Origin: a virus
DNA: 64,000 bases
Strand: one strand, 5' to 3'
IMG/VR virus record: IMGVR_UViG_3300021062_000001
Shown: positions 17,496 through 26,062 of the stretch, one piece after another
How the letters are laid out: each line of letters starts with the position of its first letter
Position numbering within the stretch: the stretch's first letter is position 1
The notes under the pieces: generated by a model
What the model was told of the DNA's origin: nothing
Databases searched by the model: none
The model's input: the letters and a program-made list of their open reading frames with translations, nothing else
Made by a program: the position numbers and the translations under genes

Positions 17496-20400
17496 ATGAG
17501 CATGATCCCCGGACAGCAGATGGGCGGACCGATGGGTAGCCCCGGCATGGGCATGGCCCCGAGCATGAGCGGCAGCATGGCGTTCCCCCGCAGCCTGTTC
17601 GGTGGCATGGGGCGAGGCATGAAGGCACCGCCCAACCCGGCCGCACACCCCCAGGCACCCCAGAGCCAGCCCGCCACCGCAGACGTGGTCGGGCAGATGG
17701 CACAGCAGGCCCACCAGCAGAACGCCCAGGCCAAGATCGCCGGTTTCGAGGCGCGCCGTAACGAGCCCGGTCTGCAGCAGCCCAGCAGCGTCGACCCGGT
17801 GAAGACGGCCTACGAGCAGTATCAGGCCCAGCTAGGCCAGAGCCAGAGCACGGGGAGCACCGTTGCCCAGGCCCAAACCGGGGTGGACGGCCTCCCCAAG
17901 GGCCAGAAGACGGCGGCGGCTGCCGTAACTGCTGCTGCCTCGACGGCGGCGGCGGATTTCCACGGCAATCCGTCCACATGGGCCGCCCTTCGAGCCCTGC
18001 CACTAACGAACAAGCGCGCCAGCGCCGTGCCGCCCCCCGCCCAGGCCCTCCCCGCCGACCCGGGCATGGGGCCGATGAGCACGGCCATCTCCGCACCGCC
18101 CGCAGCACCGGCAGCGGCGGCTCCGGCACCCGTTGGAGGGACGCCCCCAGCGCAGCCGGACCCCGCCATGGGCGGACAGGCGGGCGGGATGGCCCAGGCT
18201 CCGGCCCCTGCCCCGGCGGCGGGCGGGATGGCGGCACCGGCACCGGCACCGGGCATGCCGCCCGTCCCCGGTCAGGCACCGGCCCAGATGCCCCCGGGCA
18301 CGATGCAGCAGGACGCCGGCGTGCAGCAGTCCATGGGGGAACTCTTTCAGGAAGCGAACGCTCCCGACTCCGCAGGTGACGACATGAAGTTCCAGAACAT
18401 CGTGCAGGCCTCCGACCACTGGGGGCTCGAACGCTTCGCGAAGACCGCCGCGCCGGGCGACCTGTTCGACGTCGAGGGCGACCTCGCCGCGATGGACGCC
18501 GAGCAGCAGCCCGCCGTGAAGCAGAAGCCCGCCCTCCCGCCCGTGGCCGCCAAGCCGCCCGCGACGCGTCCGGCGGCCCCCGCCACGCAGCCCGCAGGAG
18601 CCCCGCAGGGCGTTCGACCCCCTCAGGGCACACCCCAGGCCCCGAAAATCGCTCCTGGGCCGTCTGGTAGCCTCCCCGGGGCATCCCGGCCGCCCGTCCA
18701 GCCGCGTCCCGTGCCGGTTCAGCCCGGTGCGGGGCGGGCTCAGCCGCTGCCGACCGCCCCGCCGGCCGCCAAGCCCGTGCCCGTGCGTCCGCCCGCCACC
18801 CGTCCGGCCCCGGTCGCCCCCGGCTCGGGGATGATTAACGGGAAGCCGGCGAGCCAGGTGCTCAAGGGCATCCCGAAGCAGGGCTCGACCGTGCAGGACG
18901 ACGCGGCCGAGGCGGCCCTCCGCACGTTCGTGTTCGGCAAGCAGGCGTGGCAGGACAACGGCGTGAAGGACCGCACCTCGGCGAGCGGCGAGAGCACGAA
19001 CGTCGGGTTCGCCCACCGCAACGACGACTACGACCGCGGCCCGGCCGCGTGGGAGAACAGCGCGAAGTACCTGAAGCACGGGGCCAAGGGCGGCGACCGC
19101 CGCATCCCGTCGAGCAGCACCACGAAGCTCGCCAAGGCCCGCCAGGGCGAGACGACGTTCGGGCAGGACAGCAAGCCGGGCGACAAGCTCGCCCAGCTCG
19201 TGAAGAAGATCCTGTCCAAGCGGGGCGTGAAGCCCGCCCCGGGGACCAAGCAGGCGGCCAACCTCGCCAACGAGGCCAAGCGGCAGGGCATCTACCAGGG
19301 GGCGACGCAGGCCCCGGCACCGGCCCCCGCCGGCCGCCCCGCCGCCGCGACCAAGCTCCCGCCGATGGTGACGGGTGCCGCCCCGGCCATGCCGAAGGCG
19401 GCCGGGTACGGCGCGTTGGCCGGTGTCGGGGCCGCCCTCGGCGGCCTGCTCGGCGGCGGGGCGTACGTGGCTGCGAACCCGACCGCCCCCTCGCGGCTGG
19501 CGGCGATGGGCACGGACTCCACCGCCTTCCCCGGGGCGGTCAACAGCGTCGGCGGCGGGGCGTTGCTCGGCGGGGCCGGCGGTGCCCTCGTCGAATACCT
19601 CCGCCGCCGCAAGGCCGAGGCGGAACAGCCGGCGACGCTCCCGGGCACGGCCAAGGCGGCCGCCGCGGTCGCCGCCAAGAAGCCGTTCCCCGCCACGGCC
19701 GGGCTCCTGCAGACGGAGAACGACCTGCGGGAGGACGAGGAGGCCGAGAAGGTGGCCCTGACCGTCGAGGACGGCGGGCTGCCGAGCCGCGCCCTGGCGA
19801 ACACGGTCGGGCACGTCGGCAACACGCTCGGGCTGGCCGGGCCGATCATGTCCCTGCGGTCGTACGTGAACCCGCAGGGCACGCCGCAGCGGCGGCAGAA
19901 GCACGAGGAGTCGGCCGGGCTGCTGGAGGCGGCCGAGCCGGACGCCCTCTCGGGCACGAAGCTCCGCCTCGGCGGGTCGGACCTGGTCGACGACCTCCTG
20001 TGGAAGCGGGAGGAGCCCGGGCAGGACCTCCCGTGGACGCAGCAGATCGGCGGGCGGAACTTCCAGAACCCCCGCACCGGGCCGCTCGGCAAGGCGCTGG
20101 GACTGATCTCGACCCCGCTGGCCGCCCTGCAGGGCAACCTGCTGCGTGCGCCGCACTACAACCCCGAGACCGACGTCGCCACGAACTACTGGGACGAGCG
20201 GGGCGTGACCGAGCACGAGCTGGGCCACGCGATCGACTTCAACACCGTGTCGAGCGAGAAGGGCAAGGGCAAGGTCAGCGACTCGTGGCTCGGCCGCCAG
20301 GGCCGCGGGACGGTGCGGGACCTGTACCGCCTCGCCTACGGCATCCCGGGCGTCAACCTGTGGCACGAGGCCCAGGCGAACCGCAAGAGCTGGAAGGCCC

Positions 20401-21140
20401 TCGAATCGCAGCTCGGCAAGGGGAGCGACAAGCTCCTGGAGCACGAGTACGACCGGGCGAAGGTCCTGCCGGCCGGGTACGGCTCGTACATCGGCAACAC
20501 GCTGTCCCCGCTCCTCGGCCCGGCCGGGGCGATCGGCGGCATGGTCGGCGGCAAGGTGGTCGGCACCGCCCGCCGCGACGCGATCGAGAGCGAGCAGCGA
20601 GCCCGGGCCGCCGAGAAGCGCCGGGGGTGGAGCGAGCGTGACGGCGACAACGACGGGCACGTCAACGACGGCCGCCCGGACGAGCGGGACTACCGCAAGG
20701 CCGCCGGCTTCCTCGACAACGTCAAGAACACGGACTGGAAGGCCGCCCTCCCGGGCGTCGCCGGCCGGGCCGGGGTCGGGGCGGCGCTGGGCGGCGGCGT
20801 GGCCGGGATCGCCCACCTGATGAAGGGCGACGAGGAGAAGAAGCGGAAGGGCAACGGTGCCCTGGCCACGGTCGGCAAGGGAGCCCTGCTCGGCGGCGGG
20901 ATCGGGACGGGCATCGGCCTGTCCCGCGAGGTGGTCGGCCCGGCCCTGAAGAAGGGGTCGGCCGTCGACCGGCTCGTCAAGCGTGCCGCCCTCCGCGCGT
21001 TCGTGAAGAAGGCGGCCGTCACGCCGGGCCTGGCCCAGCGGCTGCGGAAGATGAAGGCGGAGAAGACCGTCCGCCAGTACCAGCCCGCCACGGACTCGAT
21101 CCGCAGCGGGGACAGCGACAACGACGTGAAGGCGGCCTGA
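17496..21140 (+). CDS. giant low-complexity protein with zincin-like metallopeptidase module
   Basis: 1214 aa; M/G/P/Q/A-rich N-terminal ~550 aa; HExxH in GVTEHELGHAIDFN with downstream WHEAQAN; Gly-rich hydrophobic segments. Confidence 0.75.
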   Translation: MSMIPGQQMGGPMGSPGMGMAPSMSGSMAFPRSLFGGMGRGMKAPPNPAAHPQAPQSQPATADVVGQMAQQAHQQNAQAKIAGFEARRNEPGLQQPSSVDPVKTAYEQYQAQLGQSQSTGSTVAQAQTGVDGLPKGQKTAAAAVTAAASTAAADFHGNPSTWAALRALPLTNKRASAVPPPAQALPADPGMGPMSTAISAPPAAPAAAAPAPVGGTPPAQPDPAMGGQAGGMAQAPAPAPAAGGMAAPAPAPGMPPVPGQAPAQMPPGTMQQDAGVQQSMGELFQEANAPDSAGDDMKFQNIVQASDHWGLERFAKTAAPGDLFDVEGDLAAMDAEQQPAVKQKPALPPVAAKPPATRPAAPATQPAGAPQGVRPPQGTPQAPKIAPGPSGSLPGASRPPVQPRPVPVQPGAGRAQPLPTAPPAAKPVPVRPPATRPAPVAPGSGMINGKPASQVLKGIPKQGSTVQDDAAEAALRTFVFGKQAWQDNGVKDRTSASGESTNVGFAHRNDDYDRGPAAWENSAKYLKHGAKGGDRRIPSSSTTKLAKARQGETTFGQDSKPGDKLAQLVKKILSKRGVKPAPGTKQAANLANEAKRQGIYQGATQAPAPAPAGRPAAATKLPPMVTGAAPAMPKAAGYGALAGVGAALGGLLGGGAYVAANPTAPSRLAAMGTDSTAFPGAVNSVGGGALLGGAGGALVEYLRRRKAEAEQPATLPGTAKAAAAVAAKKPFPATAGLLQTENDLREDEEAEKVALTVEDGGLPSRALANTVGHVGNTLGLAGPIMSLRSYVNPQGTPQRRQKHEESAGLLEAAEPDALSGTKLRLGGSDLVDDLLWKREEPGQDLPWTQQIGGRNFQNPRTGPLGKALGLISTPLAALQGNLLRAPHYNPETDVATNYWDERGVTEHELGHAIDFNTVSSEKGKGKVSDSWLGRQGRGTVRDLYRLAYGIPGVNLWHEAQANRKSWKALESQLGKGSDKLLEHEYDRAKVLPAGYGSYIGNTLSPLLGPAGAIGGMVGGKVVGTARRDAIESEQRARAAEKRRGWSERDGDNDGHVNDGRPDERDYRKAAGFLDNVKNTDWKAALPGVAGRAGVGAALGGGVAGIAHLMKGDEEKKRKGNGALATVGKGALLGGGIGTGIGLSREVVGPALKKGSAVDRLVKRAALRAFVKKAAVTPGLAQRLRKMKAEKTVRQYQPATDSIRSGDSDNDVKAA

Positions 21141-21162
21141 TCTCAAAACCGGTTTTGGGATC
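21139..21162 (+). promoter_or_regulatory. palindromic box copy 4 (GATCTCAAAACCGGTTTTGGGATC)
   Basis: Core 21145-21156; starts inside the stop codon of the 17496 gene; 41 nt before GTG 21198. Confidence 0.6.
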
Positions 21163-21197
21163 GCTCGCCGCCCGGGGCTCGGACAAGGAGGTCCACC

Positions 21198-21773
21198 GTG
21201 CGTAGGCGAACAGCCCTTAGCGTTGCAGCGTTCATCCTCGCCCTCCTGACCGGGTGCATCGCCCGGCAGGAGGCGAGGATGCACGACCCCGAGCCGATCC
21301 GGCTTGAGGTCACGCTGCCGGTCCCGAAGCCGCAGGCCCCCCGGCCGTCGTACGCCGCGAGCACGCAGCCCACGACCAGGCCCGGCCCGCCCGTCTGGTC
21401 GAAGCACACGCAGTGGGTGACCCTGAACGGGGACATCAGCGGCGGCGAGCAGATGTGGGCCGACGAGTTCCGCTACCACCTGACCGAGGCCCCGATCGTC
21501 CTCGTCTGCCACGGGGACACGGTCACGCACAAGGGCCAGTGGTGGCTGATCCCCGACGTCGGCCCCTCGATCAGGGCGGACGGCGAGGACGGGGCGATCG
21601 CCAGGCTGCAGCGGAAGTACCCGGGGCAGCCGGTCGTCCTGATCTCGTGCAACGAGGCGGGCATGGAGCTGCGGATGCCCGGCGTCTGGTACGCCCGCCA
21701 GAAGGTCTGGAGCCGCCCCACCACCAAGCCCGAGCACGCAAAGCGGTGGAGCGACTTTGAGGTCGGCCGCTGA
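21198..21773 (+). CDS. lipoprotein
   Basis: Signal peptide plus lipobox: MRRRTALSVAAFILALLTGC; AAGGAGG upstream. Confidence 0.75.
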   Translation: MRRRTALSVAAFILALLTGCIARQEARMHDPEPIRLEVTLPVPKPQAPRPSYAASTQPTTRPGPPVWSKHTQWVTLNGDISGGEQMWADEFRYHLTEAPIVLVCHGDTVTHKGQWWLIPDVGPSIRADGEDGAIARLQRKYPGQPVVLISCNEAGMELRMPGVWYARQKVWSRPTTKPEHAKRWSDFEVGR

Positions 21774-21790
21774 CCGGGTACGATGAACGG

Positions 21791-24085
21791 GTGCCACGGA
21801 CGGCACGGGACGCTAGGCAAGGACGCCCACGCATGACCCTCGACTTCAGCACGCTCGCCAGGGAAGCCGCCGTCAGCCTGACCAAGCAGGCCAAGGGTCC
21901 GGGCTTCGGCATGGCCGCCGTCAGCGCCGCCACGACCGCCGACGAGCCCCGCCGCCGCCGTGCCCCCGCGATCGAGCCCGACCCGATCGTCGCCCCCGAC
22001 GACGTCCGCCGCCTCGGCGAGGTGCTCACCCCGCCCCGCCGCCGCCCCCGCCCCCGCCAGACGATCCGCCGCCGGCCCGCCGCCCCGGTGAAGGCCGCCG
22101 GGCTGGTCAACCTCCCGCAGTTCGACCTGGACATCAGCCAGCCGACCATCGACGCCGCGATCGACGCGAGCTACCCCCGCACCACGCTGACCGACAAGGG
22201 GCTGTGGGAGTCGCTCAAGGGCATGTTCCGCGGCCCCGACGAAGAGGAGGACGACAAGCAGGCCCTGGACCTCCGCTGGCTGGCCAAGCAGGCGGCCGGC
22301 GGCGGTGCCGTGGCGGACGACGTGGCCCGCGTCGCCGGCCCGGTCGCCCAGAAGGTCGCCCCCAAGGCCACGCAGGCCCTGACGGCCGCCGCCGCCAAGG
22401 CCGCCCCCGCCGTCGCCCAGCCCGTGGCCGGTGCGGCCGGCGGTGCGATGAAGCTCAACCTGGGCGGGCTCGCCGACGAGGCGGCCGGCGCTGCCAACGC
22501 CGTGCGTCCCCCGACGCCCGGCGGCACGTTCTCCCTGCCCGCGGGCGGCCCCAAGCCCGTCACGCCCCCGCCGGCGGCCCCCGCGGCCCCTGCCGTCGCC
22601 CCTGCGGCCCAGCAGGCGGCACAGGCGGCCACCACGGGCATGCGGGGCCAGACCGCCCTGAACATGGCCGCCCGCACGCCCGGTGCCGTGGGCTCCGGCG
22701 CGTCCGCCTACTTCGACCCCAACTGGGACCGGAACAACGTCGGGTACGCCGACCCCCGCCGGCTCGCGACGGCGGCCGGTGCGACGGCGGCCGGGTACAC
22801 CGGAGCGGGCCAGCGGATGGCGGTCGGGCACTCGGTCGGGTTCGGCGGCGACATGGTCCGCGGGATGGCCGGTGCCGAGGGCGACGCGGGCCTGCGGTAC
22901 TTCGGTGCCATGGCGGGCCTCGGGACGAACGCCCCGGGCCTCCGCCAGCGGACCGGCAACATGTTCGCCCCCGGCACGGTGGGCGGGACGCTCGGCCCCA
23001 AGGCCCTGATGGCCGGCGGGATGGCCGCGACCGGCGTGGGCGGCGTGCAGCTCGCCCGGGACGTCGTCGGGCGGGAGATCACGACCCGGGCCACGCAGGA
23101 GACGGACAAGGCGTTCCGCCAGGCCGGGATCGGCGACGCGGCCCGCCAGCGGTTCGCCCAGATCACGGACGCCGAGAACGCGATCTTCCACGGGGCGAAC
23201 GACGGGTACGCGAAGCTCAAGCAGCTCCGCCCCGACCTGTACGAGGCGAGCATCGACCCGCAGACCGGCCAGTTCAACCCCGAGCTGGCCGCCAACGCCC
23301 TCCGCACGGAGAAGCTGGGCGTCGGGATGCAGAACTACGGCGTCCCGATCAACCCCCAGCAGGCGGCGGGGCTGATGGACACGGTCAGCCAGTTCCGGGA
23401 GAACCCCTCGGCCCTGATCGACCACGCGGTCAAGAGCGTCACGCCCGAGCAGAAGACGCAGTGGCTCGCCCAGCTCGTGCGGGGCACGCCCGTCGAGGGC
23501 CTGCTCGGCGGGGCCGGCGGCGGGCTGCTCGGGCTCCTGAGCGGCGGGGGCGGCGCTGCGGCGGGGATCATGGGCGTGCTCGACGGCGTCGCCAACAAGA
23601 TGCTCGGGCTCTTCGGCATGGACGGCTCGAAGATGAGCGGCGTGCAGAAGGTCCTGGTCATGCTGGGCGGGATCGGCGTGGTCGCCGGCGGCGTGTCGGC
23701 CCTGCTGGGCGGCAAGGGCCTCGGGGCCGGGCTGGCCGTCGTCGGCGGGCTCGGGATGGCCGCCGGGCTGTTCGGGGACAAGCTGGGCATCGGCAAGGAA
23801 CAACCGGCGGCCGGCGGCGGGGGCGGCGACGCCAACCCGACCGCCGCCGCCCCCAAGCAACAGCAGGGCGACCAGGGCTTCGAGTCCGCCCTGCAGTCCG
23901 AGGTCGTCAGCCTGCTGCAGGGCAACGGCCTGCCCCCGGACGCGTTCACGAGCCAGGACCCGGCCGTGAAGCAGCTGCTGGAGGTGAAGATGCAGGACCC
24001 GCAGTTCCGCCAGCAGCTCGAACAGCTGCAGCAGGCGGGCGAGGCGGGCGTTCTACCGCCGCGGGAGACGGGGAACATGATGTGA
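21791..24085 (+). CDS. large Gly/Ala-rich protein with glycine-zipper membrane segments (internal virion/ejection or tape-measure-like, unverified)
   Basis: 764 aa; VLVMLGGIGVVAGGVSALLGGKGLGAGLAVVGGLGMAAGLFG; start may be ATG 21833. Confidence 0.65.
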   Translation: MPRTARDARQGRPRMTLDFSTLAREAAVSLTKQAKGPGFGMAAVSAATTADEPRRRRAPAIEPDPIVAPDDVRRLGEVLTPPRRRPRPRQTIRRRPAAPVKAAGLVNLPQFDLDISQPTIDAAIDASYPRTTLTDKGLWESLKGMFRGPDEEEDDKQALDLRWLAKQAAGGGAVADDVARVAGPVAQKVAPKATQALTAAAAKAAPAVAQPVAGAAGGAMKLNLGGLADEAAGAANAVRPPTPGGTFSLPAGGPKPVTPPPAAPAAPAVAPAAQQAAQAATTGMRGQTALNMAARTPGAVGSGASAYFDPNWDRNNVGYADPRRLATAAGATAAGYTGAGQRMAVGHSVGFGGDMVRGMAGAEGDAGLRYFGAMAGLGTNAPGLRQRTGNMFAPGTVGGTLGPKALMAGGMAATGVGGVQLARDVVGREITTRATQETDKAFRQAGIGDAARQRFAQITDAENAIFHGANDGYAKLKQLRPDLYEASIDPQTGQFNPELAANALRTEKLGVGMQNYGVPINPQQAAGLMDTVSQFRENPSALIDHAVKSVTPEQKTQWLAQLVRGTPVEGLLGGAGGGLLGLLSGGGGAAAGIMGVLDGVANKMLGLFGMDGSKMSGVQKVLVMLGGIGVVAGGVSALLGGKGLGAGLAVVGGLGMAAGLFGDKLGIGKEQPAAGGGGGDANPTAAAPKQQQGDQGFESALQSEVVSLLQGNGLPPDAFTSQDPAVKQLLEVKMQDPQFRQQLEQLQQAGEAGVLPPRETGNMM

Positions 24086-24127
24086 TCGAGCTGTAGCGTG
24101 CGGGGTCCACCGAACGTGGAGGCGGTC

Positions 24128-24337
24128 ATGGAGGACCGAGGCCCGTGTCTCTGGTGGTTCATGTGCGAGGTCACGATGGTGGCGACGGCCTGCCAGGCCC
24201 TCGGCGTGACCCCCGCGGACGTGCTGTACAGGCGTCACCAGATCGGCGTGGTCGACGACCCGCTGCGGCTGGCGACCGAGACCGAACTGCGTGCGGAGGG
24301 CTGGCAAGTCGTGCTGCCCCTCCAGCACCGAATGTAA
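24128..24337 (+). CDS. small hypothetical protein
   Basis: ATG 24128 within ORF 24098..24337; GC3-rich. Confidence 0.45.
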   Translation: MEDRGPCLWWFMCEVTMVATACQALGVTPADVLYRRHQIGVVDDPLRLATETELRAEGWQVVLPLQHRM

Positions 24338-24619
24338 GTGTGCGAGGCACGAGGCCTCTCCGCCGGCTGGGCAGGGCGACTAACGGGACGCCCGAGACCA
24401 TGGCGGCGGGGCCTTAGCGGCGGCGGGTGGCGGGAAACCGCCCGCCGTCGCAGGTGCCCTCCCCGGGAGGAAGCCCCAGCCAGCAGGGGCACCCGGCACG
24501 GACGTGGCGTGGCGGGGCGAGGGTTATCACCCCGCCCCGGGCGGACCCTTCGCCCTTCGACCCCCGCCCGCGCGAACGTACGGTGAAAGCCCTGCGTGCG
24601 TCCGTGTCGCCTCGCACCC

Positions 24620-24645
24620 GATCCAAAAGCCGGTTTTTGAAAGGA
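24620..24645 (+). promoter_or_regulatory. palindromic box copy 5, variant (GATCCAAAAGCCGGTTTTTGAAAGGA)
   Basis: One-base insertion in the left arm; 17 nt before GTG 24656. Confidence 0.55.
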
Positions 24646-24655
24646 CTCATCCACC

Positions 24656-25348
24656 GTGCAAGCCACCACCTTCGAGACGTACACCCCGCCGCTCACCCCC
24701 GACCTCGGCCTCCGCGTCGGCGACCAGGCCCTGTTCGGCGTGTTCCTCGCCACCGACCAGGACCTCGACCGCCCGGTGCGGGTGTGGGTCAAGCCGAGCG
24801 ACGGCCTCCAGGTCACGCCCCGCCTGCTCCAGCTCTCCCCGCAGGCCCGCTCGGCCACGTTCGGCGTGACCGCCGCGGCCGTGGGGCGGAACACGCTGCG
24901 GTTCGAGAACGACGGGGACCTGCGGAACCCGCCGCCGGTCGAGTTCGGGTCGTACCGCCTGCGGGAGGACGGCCAGCCGCTGGTCCTGCCGCCCGCCGTC
25001 GAGCCCGAGCCCAAGGCCGAGGAGCGGAAGCCCGAGCCGACGCCGCCGGCCGTGGACGCGCAGCCGGCCAGCCCGCCGCCCCCGCCGGACGACGGCTCGG
25101 CCCCGATGCCCCCGGAGATCGTCCCGAACGGCGGGCCGTTCACCCACCCGGTCACGGTCGAGCTGCGGTGCGAGATCCCGGCCTGCGAGATCTGGTACAC
25201 GCTCAACGGGGCGGACCCCGGCGTGAACGAGGGCTACCCGTACGTCGAGCCGTTCGTCGTGCACAAGAACACCATGGTGCGCGCCGTGGCCGTCCGCAAC
25301 GGGCTGGCCAGCCAGCACGCGGTCGCCCGGTTCGTGAAGCGAGGCTGA
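24656..25348 (+). CDS. protein with C-terminal chitobiase/beta-hexosaminidase C-terminal-like (carbohydrate-associated) domain
   Basis: CEIWYTLNGADPGVNEGYPYVEPFVVHKNTMVRAVAVRNGLASQ resembles the IYYTLDGSDP...Y..P pattern; P-rich linker. Confidence 0.55.
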   Translation: MQATTFETYTPPLTPDLGLRVGDQALFGVFLATDQDLDRPVRVWVKPSDGLQVTPRLLQLSPQARSATFGVTAAAVGRNTLRFENDGDLRNPPPVEFGSYRLREDGQPLVLPPAVEPEPKAEERKPEPTPPAVDAQPASPPPPPDDGSAPMPPEIVPNGGPFTHPVTVELRCEIPACEIWYTLNGADPGVNEGYPYVEPFVVHKNTMVRAVAVRNGLASQHAVARFVKRG

Positions 25349-25351
25349 GCC

Positions 25352-26062
25352 GTGGCCGACGAGACGATCGTGCTGTTCGGCACCCACGCGTGGGACGACC
25401 TGGCCCGCCACCACTGGGCGCTGCTGACGCGGCACAACCCGGGCCTGCGGTGCGTGCCCGTGGCGTGGGCGGGCCGCAACCTGCCGGCCGAGGTGCGGAC
25501 GGTGCGGCACCCGCCGTTCCGCACCAGGGAGCCCGACTGGGAGTGGGCGAGCCCCGACAAGCTGCTCGTCGGGGCCGTCCGCCAGCTCGACCTGCGGGCG
25601 GACCGCTACCTGTGGCTGGAGTACGACACCGAGGTCACCGGGGACCTGTCCGTCGCCCTCGCCGCCGCCTGGCACGCGGAGCTGGGCTGCAGCCGGTTCT
25701 TCACCCGCAAGGACGTCCCGGTGTGGAACCACTGGCACCGGTGCCCGAGCTTCCACCGCGGGTGGACCGACCCGGCGAGCTACGCGGTCTGCCACCCGTT
25801 CAACGGCCTGCTGTTCGACCGCCGCACGATGGAGCGGTTCTGCCACCACGGCGACGAGCTTGACTACTGCGAGGCCCGCGTCGGGACGTTCGCCCTCCGC
25901 CACGGTATTGTGCCCGTCCAATACGACCCGCAGATGCGGTTCAACCACTGGATGGAGTCGCGGCTCGACCCGAAGGTCAGCTGCGGCATGCGGCACCCCA
26001 CGAAGACGATCCGAGGAGAGACGCCCCGTGCTCATGTTCACCTACGTCTACCGGGATGCTGA
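25352..26062 (+). CDS. hypothetical protein (adjacent to glycosyltransferase genes)
   Basis: 236 aa ORF, GTG start, GC3-rich. Confidence 0.6.
   Translation: MADETIVLFGTHAWDDLARHHWALLTRHNPGLRCVPVAWAGRNLPAEVRTVRHPPFRTREPDWEWASPDKLLVGAVRQLDLRADRYLWLEYDTEVTGDLSVALAAAWHAELGCSRFFTRKDVPVWNHWHRCPSFHRGWTDPASYAVCHPFNGLLFDRRTMERFCHHGDELDYCEARVGTFALRHGIVPVQYDPQMRFNHWMESRLDPKVSCGMRHPTKTIRGETPRAHVHLRLPGC

Noticed and set aside
18003-21806. Very long antisense or alternate-frame ORFs: 18003..21806 (-), 51202..56235 (-), 16268..17428 (-), 4698..6431 (+), 26207..28141 (+) and dozens more
   Set aside because: Their translations are dominated by R/P/G/A. They mirror a same-region ORF that has normal composition and strong codon-position-3 G/C. 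This is the expected stop-codon-poor artefact of GC-rich DNA.
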